Shown in pieces: positions 45,441-54,841 of a stretch of DNA of 64,000 bases (the stretch's first letter is position 1; every line of letters starts with the position of its first letter). The notes under the pieces were generated by a model that ran no database searches, was not told the origin of the DNA, and saw only the letters and a list, made by a program, of their open reading frames with translations. Source of the DNA: an uncultured Candidatus Saccharibacteria bacterium (GTDB lineage: Bacteria > Patescibacteriota > Doudnabacteria > UBA920); NCBI GenBank assembly GCA_964436545.1, contig CAYTCJ010000001.1, forward strand, positions 78,392 through 142,391. Direction: 5' to 3'. The translations under genes and the position numbers were made by a program.

Positions 45441-45772
45441 TCCCCTCTGAGGGGAATCATACACAGTAGCGGGTGAGTAAGACGAATATTCACACTTTGT
45501 CATTCCGGAATTCTGCTCTTTGTCCCAAAGGGCGGAATATCCGGAATCCAGTTATCATAGAAACTAAATTTTGGATTCCGTCTTAGGTGTACTTGCCCAG
45601 GATGATACCAGAGTTATAAAAAGGGTAATTAAACTTTATGAAAATATTTTATTACATAAATCAAAACATGATGATGCGAACCCGCTTGTGGAAGTGGCTA
45701 AATTGCGCGTGAGTTTTCTCCTTCGCAGTTTTGCCACCTTCACCAGGTAGGCAAAATTTTAGGGAGGAAAAA

Positions 45773-46615
45773 ATGAATTGCATTTACATCAGCGACACTC
45801 TGGGCGACGACAATGCCCGGGGTCGCATCACCACGCGTCTTTTGACGGGGATCGGCGAGTCTGTCTTCACCTCGGTCACCCCAATTGGGGTGGATAGCGA
45901 AGTAGAGGGGTTCGTTCAGTTGGTTGACCTGCTGGACGCAACCCGGGGGAACAAGGCGGTAATTCTGTTCAACGTCGCCCCTAGGGGCGTGAACAAGAAG
46001 CGACTGCCGAACGGTTCGCCGTTTGGACATCTGCGGGTGGGGAACGCGGATATTTTCCCGACTGTGGAGGGTCGGGTGCTTCCGCTCCTTCAAAATCTTT
46101 TGAACAGGCGCCTGCGGGTGCGAGTTCACGAGATTTGTCCAGAGGTGCTGGGGGCGGTCGGGATTCCGCGGTACCAGTGGAAGTACGTGACTTCCACGCA
46201 GTTCCGTTCCTACGAGTTCCTTCCTGACCTGGCCAATGCGGTCATGTCAGGTAAGGAAGTTCCGGGACGGGAAATGGCGGTGGCACGGATCCGTGGGGGC
46301 GGGGGTTTCGTCGGGATAGTGGACAAGTTCGGCAACATTAAAACAACGGCGTTGCCGAGCGACATCGGCTTTCGTCCCGGTCGCACGCTTGCCCTGGATC
46401 TTGGTGGCACAGAGGTTCGCCTCCCGTGCTACCCGAAACTCAAGGACGTCCCGTGTGGTACCCTCGCCGCGGTCGTGGGTTCGTCTGGCCTCTGGGTCGG
46501 GCGGGCGAACAAGCGGTTCGTTGAGATAGTTGTGCAGAAAGGGGACGCGTCGTCCCGTTTGTACGACCTCACCGGGGTCGCCGTGGCCCCGGGACTCAAA
46601 TTGCAGTTCGCGTAG
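45773..46615 (+). CDS. GC-rich, likely horizontally acquired gene; SAM hydroxide adenosyltransferase (DUF62 / fluorinase-chlorinase) family-like
   Basis: GGGAGG RBS 5 nt before ATG; about 60% GC by eye; motifs IYISDTLGDDNARG (compare SDLGTTDDS), VAPRGVN (compare VDPGVG), DKFGNIKTT (compare DxFGNV). Confidence 0.45.
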   Translation: MNCIYISDTLGDDNARGRITTRLLTGIGESVFTSVTPIGVDSEVEGFVQLVDLLDATRGNKAVILFNVAPRGVNKKRLPNGSPFGHLRVGNADIFPTVEGRVLPLLQNLLNRRLRVRVHEICPEVLGAVGIPRYQWKYVTSTQFRSYEFLPDLANAVMSGKEVPGREMAVARIRGGGGFVGIVDKFGNIKTTALPSDIGFRPGRTLALDLGGTEVRLPCYPKLKDVPCGTLAAVVGSSGLWVGRANKRFVEIVVQKGDASSRLYDLTGVAVAPGLKLQFA

Positions 46616-46624
46616 ATGCGCAAA

Positions 46625-46665
46625 AGCGGGCGGACCTTAACCAGTCTGCCCGCCGTTTTTATTTA
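46625..46665 (+). terminator. Intrinsic terminator after the GC-rich gene
   Basis: GCGGGCGGAC...GTCTGCCCGCC hairpin followed by GTTTTTATTTATTT. Confidence 0.7.
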
Positions 46666-46857
46666 TTTAAATGTTTTTTGGTTTCGTAGGGTTTTTTGGT
46701 GTCGGCTTTTTATTATGTTTATAATCCCAATCAGTACCGCCTTCAAAGGGGTGTAATCCAGAAAGGACATCTTCGTAATGTGTTTCCTCTGGCTCTGGTA
46801 AATAGTTTTCTGTTTTTTTTGGCATAATTCTTAATTCACTATTCATAATTCTATCTT

Positions 46858-48378
46858 TTATCCCAAACTGTGCCTTAACACAGCTTGTTTTTCTATGAGT
46901 TTAGTTAATGATTTTTGAGTAAAAATTTGTTTATGGAGCTGGGCGGATAACTGTTGGTGGGCTTTGGCTTGTGGGGTTTGGGCGCTAAATTCGGTGAGTA
47001 AATAACTTTCTAAAGCCTGAACATCTTGCCAAACCTGTTTTAAACCCGGGAATTTTTTACTTAAAGCCAAAAGCCCCGGTTTGTACAGGAATTGACCGGC
47101 GAATAATAAATCTGTTTTTAAATTCAGATAAGTTTTTTCTAAAAGTTGAATTGTGCCATTATCTATGGCGGTTTTTATGCCTCTGCCGGTGCCAATTAAT
47201 TCCGGAGGCAAGCCTAAAGCATATAAACTGCCGGTAAAGCTAATGGCTCTGGGCAAGCGCACTTTGCCTGTGCCTCGACTATAACCAAACAAGCCAATAT
47301 GTTGAACTCTTTCCCGTCTTTTGGGAAAATGTAAAGCCACTTGATTAATGAGAGGAGCCAGGCTTTCTACGGTGGGTTGGTAAACAGCTTCAAAGGTTTG
47401 AGTAAGTTGGATTAAAGTTTGTTCTTCGGTTGGGCTTAGGGTTTTGGCTGAGTGTTTGGGGAAAGTTTCGTTAAAGTAAGTAAGCGCTTTTTTAACTTGC
47501 GCTTTGGGAAAATCGTAACGAAAAGCACTTTGGATGGTGGTGGTTTTTACGCCTCGGTATTCGGCACAAAAAGCTTCCGGTGAATTGGGGTTAAGTCCGC
47601 CTCGAAAGGGTAAAGTGCCGGCGCCAATAATTGGGTAGAGGGGCAAACGATGTTTTTTACTAAAGTGCAAATAGCGGGAAAAGGCAAGTTTTATGGCCAA
47701 AACTGTGGGGACCAAACCGGAGTTTAATGCCGGGTCGGAACGCGCCACAAAAGGCCTTAAATATTTGGGTCGGCTTTTAAATTTGTGTTCATAAAGCGCC
47801 AAATATTTTTCTAAAATTTTATGAGAATGAATAATGCTGTTAACGGTTTCAAACAAAGGAATGACTTCTAAAAACATTTCGCAATTTTCTTCCATGCGGT
47901 TAAGCGGGTGTCTTAAGCAAGCAATTTCTTTAAAAGCTTCTTGAATGGCAATTAACTCCTCGGCGGTTTCGGTCATGGGTAAAATTACTTCAAACAAAGG
48001 GGGGGCGTGAAGTTGGGTTTGGCGAGCTAGGCCGGTTGCCGTGAGTATGCCCATTAGCGCCCGAGACATTCGGAATTCGTGCTGAACTTTGGGGTTGGGC
48101 AAACGGAAAGTTAAAAATTTATTTTTGCCTAATTGATGAGTTTTAAAATAATCGTAATGATCGGCTAACATTCTTTCTACTACCGATTCATCGACTAATT
48201 TACCTTCCCAGTCCCACATGTATTCATCGGTATTTAAGTCTTTAAAACAGGTAAAGCTTTCTTGGGTTTCGTGGACAGCCGGAATAAACGCACTGTTTTT
48301 TTGCCAAAAAGGCACCGAGGCGTGGTCGGGGTGCTGAGTGGCCATACAGCTGGGGATTTTGCGGGGGGATTTTTTCAT
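46858..48378 (-). CDS. ppcA: Phosphoenolpyruvate carboxylase, archaeal type (PepcA family)
   Basis: N-terminal MATQHPD signature of archaeal-type PEPC; about 500 aa length; internal similarity blocks. Confidence 0.7.
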   Translation of the reverse strand: MKKSPRKIPSCMATQHPDHASVPFWQKNSAFIPAVHETQESFTCFKDLNTDEYMWDWEGKLVDESVVERMLADHYDYFKTHQLGKNKFLTFRLPNPKVQHEFRMSRALMGILTATGLARQTQLHAPPLFEVILPMTETAEELIAIQEAFKEIACLRHPLNRMEENCEMFLEVIPLFETVNSIIHSHKILEKYLALYEHKFKSRPKYLRPFVARSDPALNSGLVPTVLAIKLAFSRYLHFSKKHRLPLYPIIGAGTLPFRGGLNPNSPEAFCAEYRGVKTTTIQSAFRYDFPKAQVKKALTYFNETFPKHSAKTLSPTEEQTLIQLTQTFEAVYQPTVESLAPLINQVALHFPKRRERVQHIGLFGYSRGTGKVRLPRAISFTGSLYALGLPPELIGTGRGIKTAIDNGTIQLLEKTYLNLKTDLLFAGQFLYKPGLLALSKKFPGLKQVWQDVQALESYLLTEFSAQTPQAKAHQQLSAQLHKQIFTQKSLTKLIEKQAVLRHSLG

Positions 48379-48630
48379 ACTCTTTCATTTTTTCACAATC
48401 TTTTGTTAATGTCAAAAATTTGGTATTATATGAAAAGGTTATAGGGGTTAGGTTTTAGTTGTCCATTTTTACCATAAGCTCGCAGAGCTAAGTTTATAAT
48501 TCTTTTAGCTTTGCTTGGTCTAATTCTTATAACACTTACCGGTGGGCTTGGCGGGGCAATGGTGTATGGTCCCAATGCCGACCCTTTCTTTAAACCAGTT
48601 TTTGAGTTGTTGATGCGGTAAAAGTTTTTT

Positions 48631-48663
48631 AACCCCTCCTGGAACAGGAGGGGGAGGGGGTGG
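48631..48663 (+). repeat. Hairpin element (forward copy) directly upstream of the DUF559 gene
   Basis: CCCCTCCTGGAACAGGAGGGGGAGGGGGTGG; ends 4 nt before the ATG and supplies GGAGG as RBS. Confidence 0.7.
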
Positions 48664-48667
48664 TAGA

Positions 48668-49018
48668 ATGAATTATCTTTATAACAATATTAAATTAAAA
48701 TTAGTTAGAAAGCACTTACGAAATAATTCCGGTTTGCCTGAGATTATTCTTTGGGAGCAATTAAGAGCAAGCAAGTTGGGAAAAAAATTTAGAAGACAAT
48801 ATGGTGTAGGTAAGTTTGTTCTCGATTTTTATTCTCCCCAAATTCGGTTGGGTATTGAATTAGACGGAGCTACGCATGATAACATAAAAAGTTTTGAGAA
48901 AGATATAATTAGGCAGAAATTTATTGAAAGCCAAAATATAAAAGTAATTAGATTCCAAAATAAAGATGTTTTAGAGAATTTAGAAGGGGTAATTAATGAA
49001 ATAAAAAAATATTTGTGA
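48668..49018 (+). CDS. DUF559 endonuclease-domain protein (Vsr-like fold)
   Basis: LPEIILWEQLRASKLG..FRRQYGVGKFVLDFYSPQIRLGIELDGATHD...KVIRFQNKDVLENLEGVINEI matches DUF559. Confidence 0.75.
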   Translation: MNYLYNNIKLKLVRKHLRNNSGLPEIILWEQLRASKLGKKFRRQYGVGKFVLDFYSPQIRLGIELDGATHDNIKSFEKDIIRQKFIESQNIKVIRFQNKDVLENLEGVINEIKKYL

Positions 49019-49020
49019 TA

Positions 49021-49060
49021 CCACCCCTTAGTCCCCTCCTATTTTAGGAGGGGAAAAAAG
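49021..49060 (-). repeat. Hairpin element (inverted copy) directly downstream of the DUF559 gene
   Basis: Reverse complement reads CCCCTCCTAAAATAGGAGGGGACTAAGGGGTGG, matching the upstream copy. Confidence 0.65.
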
Positions 49061-49065
49061 TATTT

Positions 49066-49139
49066 GCGGGATTCGTACAGTGGCAGTATGCGACCTTCCC
49101 AAGGTTGAGACGAGGGTTCGATTCCCTTATCCCGCTCCA
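49066..49139 (+). tRNA. tRNA-Gly (anticodon CCC)
   Basis: Manual fold: acceptor GCGGGAU/AUCCCGC, anticodon stem CGACC/GGUUG, loop UUCCCAA, T-loop TTCGATT, encoded CCA. Confidence 0.85.
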
Positions 49140-49289
49140 AAAAGTAAAACTTGATAATATAAAAAGTCATTGAAAATTATATGGGGCAATGGCGCCAATT
49201 ATCGTTGAGAATGATTTAGGAAAAATTGTATAAAGTTTGTAAAATTACTCTATTTTATGTATAATTAAGGCAATTAAAGCCTTTTTTAT

Positions 49290-50585
49290 ATGACATCAAA
49301 AAATCTAAGTCTGGAAAGCTACAAGGGTACTCGGGATTTTTATCCCGCAGATCACTTTATTCAGGACTATATTTTTAGCGTTTGGCGCAAGGTGGCTAAA
49401 AAATACGGTTACGTGGAATACAGCGCTTCCATTTTAGAAGAAACCGAGTTATACAAGGCCAAAAGTGGCGATGAAATTATCAATGAACAAACCTATTCGT
49501 TTATGGACCGCGGGGGTCGGGAAGTTACGATTCGTCCGGAAATGACTCCTACGGTGGCGAGAATGGTGGCGCAAAAGCGCAAAGAGCTATCTTTACCTCT
49601 GCGGTGGTTTAGTATTCCCAATTTGTTTCGTTACGAAAAACCTCAACGAGGCAGACTTAGAGAACATTGGCAATTAAATGTCGATATGTTTGGCGTGGAA
49701 GGCAAAGACGCCGATGTGGAAATTGTGCGCTTAGCTTACGATATGATGAAAACTTTTGGCGCCAAAGATGAACAGTTTGTGATTCATTTAAACAGCCGAA
49801 AATTTCTGAATCATTTATTAATTGACTTTTTAAGGCTAAATGAAACGGAAAAGAAAAATACCGCTAAACTTTTAGACCGAATGCGTAAATTAAGTCCCAA
49901 AGAATTTGAGGAACAGGGTGAGGCAATTTTAGGTAACGCCAGATTTAAAGTTTTGCATAAAATTATTGGCACCAACGATTTAAACGATTTACCGGAAGAA
50001 ATTCAAGCTCATGAATCGGTAGGTGAATTAAAAGCCATTATGCAAGAGTTGAACTCCTTGGGTGTTAAAAATTTGGCTTTTGATATTGGTCTTGTTCGGG
50101 GTTTTGATTATTACACCGGCACGGTGTTTGAAATGTACGACACGAGTCCTTCTAACCCCAGAGCTTTGTTTGGGGGAGGTAGGTATGACGATTTAGTGAG
50201 TATATTTGGCGTGGAAAAAGTTAGTGGCATTGGGTTTGGGTGGGGTGATGTAACGACTCGTGACTTTTTGGAAACTTACAATTTATTGCCTAAGTACAAA
50301 ACGGAAGTGGATTTATACATTTGTCATTTGGAAGGGTTTAAAACTCCCTCAGTGACGTTGGCTGACGATTTAAGAAAATTAGGCTTAAATGTGGCAGTGG
50401 ATTTAACCGATAAAAAATTACCCGCGCAAATTAAATTTGCCGACCGAGAAGGGATAGGGTTTATTTTGGTAATTGGCGATGAAGAAGTGAAAAATAATAA
50501 ATATAAACTTAAAAATTTAAACTCCGGCGAAGAGCAGACTATGTTTAAAGAGTCGGTGGTGGAATTTATTAAAGCCCAAAAATAA
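49290..50585 (+). CDS. hisS: Histidyl-tRNA synthetase
   Basis: KGTRDFYP, RPEMTP and RYEKPQRGRLREHWQ class II motifs; anticodon-binding C-terminal domain. Confidence 0.85.
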   Translation: MTSKNLSLESYKGTRDFYPADHFIQDYIFSVWRKVAKKYGYVEYSASILEETELYKAKSGDEIINEQTYSFMDRGGREVTIRPEMTPTVARMVAQKRKELSLPLRWFSIPNLFRYEKPQRGRLREHWQLNVDMFGVEGKDADVEIVRLAYDMMKTFGAKDEQFVIHLNSRKFLNHLLIDFLRLNETEKKNTAKLLDRMRKLSPKEFEEQGEAILGNARFKVLHKIIGTNDLNDLPEEIQAHESVGELKAIMQELNSLGVKNLAFDIGLVRGFDYYTGTVFEMYDTSPSNPRALFGGGRYDDLVSIFGVEKVSGIGFGWGDVTTRDFLETYNLLPKYKTEVDLYICHLEGFKTPSVTLADDLRKLGLNVAVDLTDKKLPAQIKFADREGIGFILVIGDEEVKNNKYKLKNLNSGEEQTMFKESVVEFIKAQK

Positions 50586-50620
50586 ATTTACTCTTAGAGA
50601 ATATTGAAAATGGAAATTTT

Positions 50621-51049
50621 ATGGAATTGCAAGTCGGAGTAAAAATTTTACTGCAAAATTCGGAAGGAAAATTTTTGGTATTATTAAGAAACCCCCAAAC
50701 CTACCCGGATGCCGGAGAGACTTGGGATATTCCAGGTGGGCGGATTTTGCCCGGAGTGAGTTTGTTAGATAATTTAAAGCGAGAAATTCAGGAAGAAACT
50801 CAATTAGACTATACAGAAGAGCCGAAATTAATTTCCGCTCAAGATATATTTGCTCACAAATCCACAGACAAAAATCTTCACCAGCTAGCCGAACGACATG
50901 TGGTGCGGTTAACTTATTTGGGCATTATAACCGGCGAACCCGCTATTAACCGGCAAGAGCATTTGCAGTATAAATGGTTAAGTTTAGCGGAAATAAAAAA
51001 ACTTCCCAATTTGGATAAATATTTAAAAGCAATAATAGAAAAATTATAA
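50621..51049 (+). CDS. NUDIX hydrolase
   Basis: Nudix box PGGRILPGVSLLDNLKREIQEETQL. Confidence 0.8.
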   Translation: MELQVGVKILLQNSEGKFLVLLRNPQTYPDAGETWDIPGGRILPGVSLLDNLKREIQEETQLDYTEEPKLISAQDIFAHKSTDKNLHQLAERHVVRLTYLGIITGEPAINRQEHLQYKWLSLAEIKKLPNLDKYLKAIIEKL

Positions 51050-51051
51050 AA

Positions 51052-51897
51052 ATGGAAAAAAGAATTGGTTTACCAAAGGATCGGATTAGGGAGTTAAGGT
51101 CAAGCTTGCATCATTATGAACAAGTACAAGCAGGAAAAGTAAGGGAATCTCATGGTATTGATACCCGAACCAATGCTAAGAGTGTAGTAGACTTTTCAGA
51201 TAGGAGTTCCTGGAATAGGTTTGATGAAAATCAAACTGAAATTTCTAAAGATTTTAAAGGAGTTTTAGGGGAAAGTTTAGATATTAACGAATTTTTATTT
51301 TTTAGATTTCCTGGTAGGGAAGATTTGGTTTTGATTGAGGTGGGTGGACCCGGGTATGGTTTAAGGGCTAGTATGCCACAGGTGGCAAGGTCTTATGCTA
51401 TTTGTTTGGAGGATAAAGATATTTACAATTATAGTAGTAAAATTTTAGATCCAACATCGCACACAGTAGTTTCCAGAGTAAGTGTAAATAATCAACAAGT
51501 GCCAGCAGATTTAACACAACCGGAAACTTTTAGAGAATTAAGTAGAGTAATGTCAGGTACCAAGGCAGATGTGTTAATTGAACGAATGTATCGGGGTTGG
51601 AAATACATTTATCAAAAGCCAGAAGTATTATTCCATATATTAAATAAATATTATAAGTTAATGTCTGATAATTCAGTAATGTTTATTCAATTAATATACA
51701 AACATCCAACTGATATGGAAAAATTTAGTGAGTTTATTAATCAAGTAAATTTAAAATTTTTAGGTAAATTAAAAATTAAATTTATAAAACTTTCTGGAAT
51801 GAATTATCACTATACACTTTTAATAGAAAAATTTCCTGGTTGTCCTAAGGAGTTGACCTCGCTCAGACAAAATAAAACTTACCAGCATGAACATTAG
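51052..51897 (+). CDS. Hypothetical protein (possible Rossmann-like fold)
   Basis: LIEVGGPGYGL glycine-rich segment; no confident family. Confidence 0.35.
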   Translation: MEKRIGLPKDRIRELRSSLHHYEQVQAGKVRESHGIDTRTNAKSVVDFSDRSSWNRFDENQTEISKDFKGVLGESLDINEFLFFRFPGREDLVLIEVGGPGYGLRASMPQVARSYAICLEDKDIYNYSSKILDPTSHTVVSRVSVNNQQVPADLTQPETFRELSRVMSGTKADVLIERMYRGWKYIYQKPEVLFHILNKYYKLMSDNSVMFIQLIYKHPTDMEKFSEFINQVNLKFLGKLKIKFIKLSGMNYHYTLLIEKFPGCPKELTSLRQNKTYQHEH

Positions 51898-52435
51898 TCG
51901 TGAAATTGCAAACAATTTAATGTGTGAGTGGGTAAAGTCCGAAAGTCTTAGAAACCATATGTATAGTGTGGAAAAAGCTATGCGGGCTTACGCTAAAAAA
52001 TATGGTGGCAATGAGGAAATATGGGGCATGGCCGGATTACTTCACGATTTTGATTATGAAAAGTTTCCTGAAGTGAATGCAGAAAAACAGACGGGACATC
52101 CGTTTGAAGGCGTTCGGCATTTGCAAAGTTTAGGCTACCCGGACGAAATTATTCAAGCCATTTTAGGCCACGCACTATATAGCGGAGTGCCCAGAACCAC
52201 CCCCATGGCCAAGTGTTTATTTGCCGTAGATGAGTTATGCGGGTTTGTGGTGGCGGTTTCTAAAATGAAACCCGATGGGTTAAATAGTTTGGAAGCTAGG
52301 TCAGTTAAGAAGAAGTTAAAAGATAAAGGTTTTGCCGCTAAAGTCAGCCGAGCAGATATTGCTTTAGGGATAGCGGAGTTAGGTGTAAGTGAAGATGAGC
52401 ATATAGATTTTGTGATAAAAGCCCTAAGAGATTAA
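51887..52435 (+). CDS. HD-domain phosphohydrolase (YqeK-like)
   Basis: H...HD motif (LLHDFDY), about 180 aa. Confidence 0.6.
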   Translation: MNISREIANNLMCEWVKSESLRNHMYSVEKAMRAYAKKYGGNEEIWGMAGLLHDFDYEKFPEVNAEKQTGHPFEGVRHLQSLGYPDEIIQAILGHALYSGVPRTTPMAKCLFAVDELCGFVVAVSKMKPDGLNSLEARSVKKKLKDKGFAAKVSRADIALGIAELGVSEDEHIDFVIKALRD

Positions 52436-52463
52436 TTTGTTGTAATTAGGAGATATAAACAGA

Positions 52464-53324
52464 ATGAAAAAAATAATCAGTATTTTAATTATAGTAGTGT
52501 TAGGTTTATGGGCTTTTGAATTTTATTCCAACCACACTGCCAAAATTAAACAATGGACAAAAAGTTTAAAACAAGGCGAGGTGATTGAAAATTTACACAC
52601 GGAAATTTTTACCCCCGGGGGACTTAGAGCTAAATTTGAATCCGTCAACGCTAAGTTAACTTTAAAAGGTGTTATTGAACAGACCAATCAGGAACGGGTG
52701 CAGTACGGTAAGACAATCTTGCAGGAAAATGAAGAATTAAACCAAATGGCTTTACTAAAGGTGCAGGATATGTTTGCCAATCAATATTTTGAACACCTTT
52801 CGCCTTTAGGCAAAGGTCCGGCAGATTTGGCAAAACAGATTGGTTATGCTTATATTAGTGTGGGGGAAAATTTAGCTTTAGGAAATTATAAAGATGATGC
52901 AGAGTTGGTTGACGCTTGGATGAACAGTCCGGGGCATAGAGCCAATATTTTAAATGGGAAATTTACAGAAATTGGCGTGGCGGTAATGAAGGGTAAGTTT
53001 GAGGGTAAAACCACTTGGCTTGCTGTGCAAGAGTTTGGTCGGCCCACTACCGAATGTCCCAAGGTGGATGAATTTTTAAAAGCTCAAATCGATGCCAATA
53101 CGGTGGAAATTAATACTTTAGAAAAGCAAATTAATCAACTTAAGTTGGAAATTGAATCTGCTACTGAGCCCAAAAGTAAGAGCGAATTAGAAATTTATAA
53201 CAAACAGGTAGAGGCCTATAATGCGCTTATAAAAGTCTTTAATAATCGAATTGATCAGCAAAAAGAGGTGGTGTTTAGGTTTAATTCTCAGGTTAAGGCC
53301 TTTAATGCGTGTATTGGAGAATAG
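52464..53324 (+). CDS. CAP/SCP/PR1-like domain protein with N-terminal TM and C-terminal coiled coil
   Basis: QTNQERVQYG...GENLALG...WMNSPGHRANIL...EIGVAV CAP-domain motifs. Confidence 0.65.
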   Translation: MKKIISILIIVVLGLWAFEFYSNHTAKIKQWTKSLKQGEVIENLHTEIFTPGGLRAKFESVNAKLTLKGVIEQTNQERVQYGKTILQENEELNQMALLKVQDMFANQYFEHLSPLGKGPADLAKQIGYAYISVGENLALGNYKDDAELVDAWMNSPGHRANILNGKFTEIGVAVMKGKFEGKTTWLAVQEFGRPTTECPKVDEFLKAQIDANTVEINTLEKQINQLKLEIESATEPKSKSELEIYNKQVEAYNALIKVFNNRIDQQKEVVFRFNSQVKAFNACIGE

Positions 53325-53377
53325 TGAAAATTTAAACAATTTGTTATAATAATTTAAAGAACATTAATTGAAAATAT

Positions 53378-54541
53378 ATGAACAAAAAATTTGTAGTTTT
53401 GGGATTAATGTCGGTTTTTTTGTTGGCTCCCAGCACACAAGCAGCGGAGTTTTTGGCACCCAAGTCAAACGAGGATCCCAATGTTACTGTATCAGCCTCG
53501 GAAAGTAGAAAAAATTTATATGCTGTGGGCGCCAATGTAACTGCCAATGGTGTCATTCAAGGGGATTTAATGACAGCCGGAGGTATGGTTACCGTTATTG
53601 GTGATGTAGAAGAAGATTTAAACGTGGCGGGCGGATCTTTGGCTTTAAGTGGAAAAGTAGGGGGTGATGCTCGAGTCGTGGGTGGAAATTTAACCATTTC
53701 CGGACCCATTGCCGGAGATTTATTAGTTGCCGGAGGCAACATTAGCTTAACCGAAAAAGCCAGCGTAGGCGGAGATTTAATTTTAGCCGGCGGAAATGCA
53801 ATTTTAGATGCGCCGGTGGCTGGGGATGTGCGGGTTATGGCCGGAAACTTAACTATTAATAATAAAATCAGTAAAGCAGTCAAAGTGAGGATTGCCGGGG
53901 ACCGAAAAAACGAAGGTAATTTGGTTTTTGGACCCAAGGCCGAGGTAATGGGTAAAATTCAGTATAAGGGAGTTAAGCCCGCTGTGGTAAAAGAAGGGGC
54001 AAAAGTTACGGACATAGAATATACCCCAATAGTTAAAGTTAATCATCGAGCTTGGTTAGGTATGGGAGTGGTGGTTAAGTTTTTGGCGATTTTATTGACC
54101 GTGTGGGTGTTAGTAAGATGGCAGAAGGAAAAATATCAACAATTGGCAACCGGAGTTATGGAAAAGTTTTGGGAAAATTTGGGCATTGGTTTAGTGGGTG
54201 TAATTGTCACACCAATTATTGGCATACTGTTATTAGTAACTTTTGTTGGGTTTTATATTGGGATTATTTTATTACTCTGGTATGTGTTAGTATTATTAAT
54301 GGCTTATTTACTCGCTGTGATGGTTTTGGGTTTGTGGTTAATGAAGACTTTAAAAGTCAGAGCCGATTATGCCATATTAGATTGGAAGACGGCTGTGTTT
54401 GGTTCGGTCGGAATGTTGGTTTTAGGTTTTATTCCGGTGGTAGGTTGGTTGGTTTGTTTGGTAATCTTTTTAGCTTCTGTGGGTGGAATTCTAAAAGTCG
54501 GAAAACAAAAGTGGGGAATGAAAAATATATCGAACATTTAA
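53378..54541 (+). CDS. Secreted beta-helix repeat protein (DUF4097/bactofilin-like repeats) with C-terminal multi-TM anchor
   Basis: Signal peptide; about eight repeats of G(G/D)xLxVxGGNxxL; four or five C-terminal TM helices. Confidence 0.4.
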   Translation: MNKKFVVLGLMSVFLLAPSTQAAEFLAPKSNEDPNVTVSASESRKNLYAVGANVTANGVIQGDLMTAGGMVTVIGDVEEDLNVAGGSLALSGKVGGDARVVGGNLTISGPIAGDLLVAGGNISLTEKASVGGDLILAGGNAILDAPVAGDVRVMAGNLTINNKISKAVKVRIAGDRKNEGNLVFGPKAEVMGKIQYKGVKPAVVKEGAKVTDIEYTPIVKVNHRAWLGMGVVVKFLAILLTVWVLVRWQKEKYQQLATGVMEKFWENLGIGLVGVIVTPIIGILLLVTFVGFYIGIILLLWYVLVLLMAYLLAVMVLGLWLMKTLKVRADYAILDWKTAVFGSVGMLVLGFIPVVGWLVCLVIFLASVGGILKVGKQKWGMKNISNI

Positions 54542-54559
54542 CATTTAATATCTATAATT

Positions 54560-54841
54560 ATGGGAATTTTTGACAAACTTAAAGACATTAATGAAATGCG
54601 CAAGGAAGCCAAAGTGATTCAAGCGCAAATGGCTACTGTGGTAATTTGTGGGGCTTCTTCTGGGAGTAAAATCAAATTGTCTATGGATGGTAACTTTGAA
54701 GTTAAATCCGTAGAGGTGGATGCTTCTGTAGTCGGTGATAAAAGCGAAGTGGCGAGACACATTCGCTCGGCTTTGGAAGATTTGTTTAAAGATTATAAAA
54801 AACAAATGCAAAAGAAGTTTGGACAGTCATTAATGGGATAA
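54560..54841 (+). CDS. ybaB: YbaB/EbfC nucleoid-associated protein
   Basis: 93 aa, MRKEAKVIQAQMA...GSSGSKIKLSMDGNFEVKSVEVD pattern. Confidence 0.65.
   Translation: MGIFDKLKDINEMRKEAKVIQAQMATVVICGASSGSKIKLSMDGNFEVKSVEVDASVVGDKSEVARHIRSALEDLFKDYKKQMQKKFGQSLMG

Noticed and set aside
45740-46623. Several antisense and alternative-frame ORFs (45740-46129 minus, 46210-46410 minus, 46429-46623 minus)
   Set aside because: They lie wholly inside the GC-rich plus-strand gene; high GC suppresses stop codons and produces spurious ORFs.
48475-48621. Start-less 48-codon hydrophobic frame (…LLALLGLILITLTGGLGGAMVYGPNADPFFKPVFELLMR)
   Set aside because: No canonical start or RBS; could be a small membrane-peptide remnant, but evidence is insufficient to annotate.
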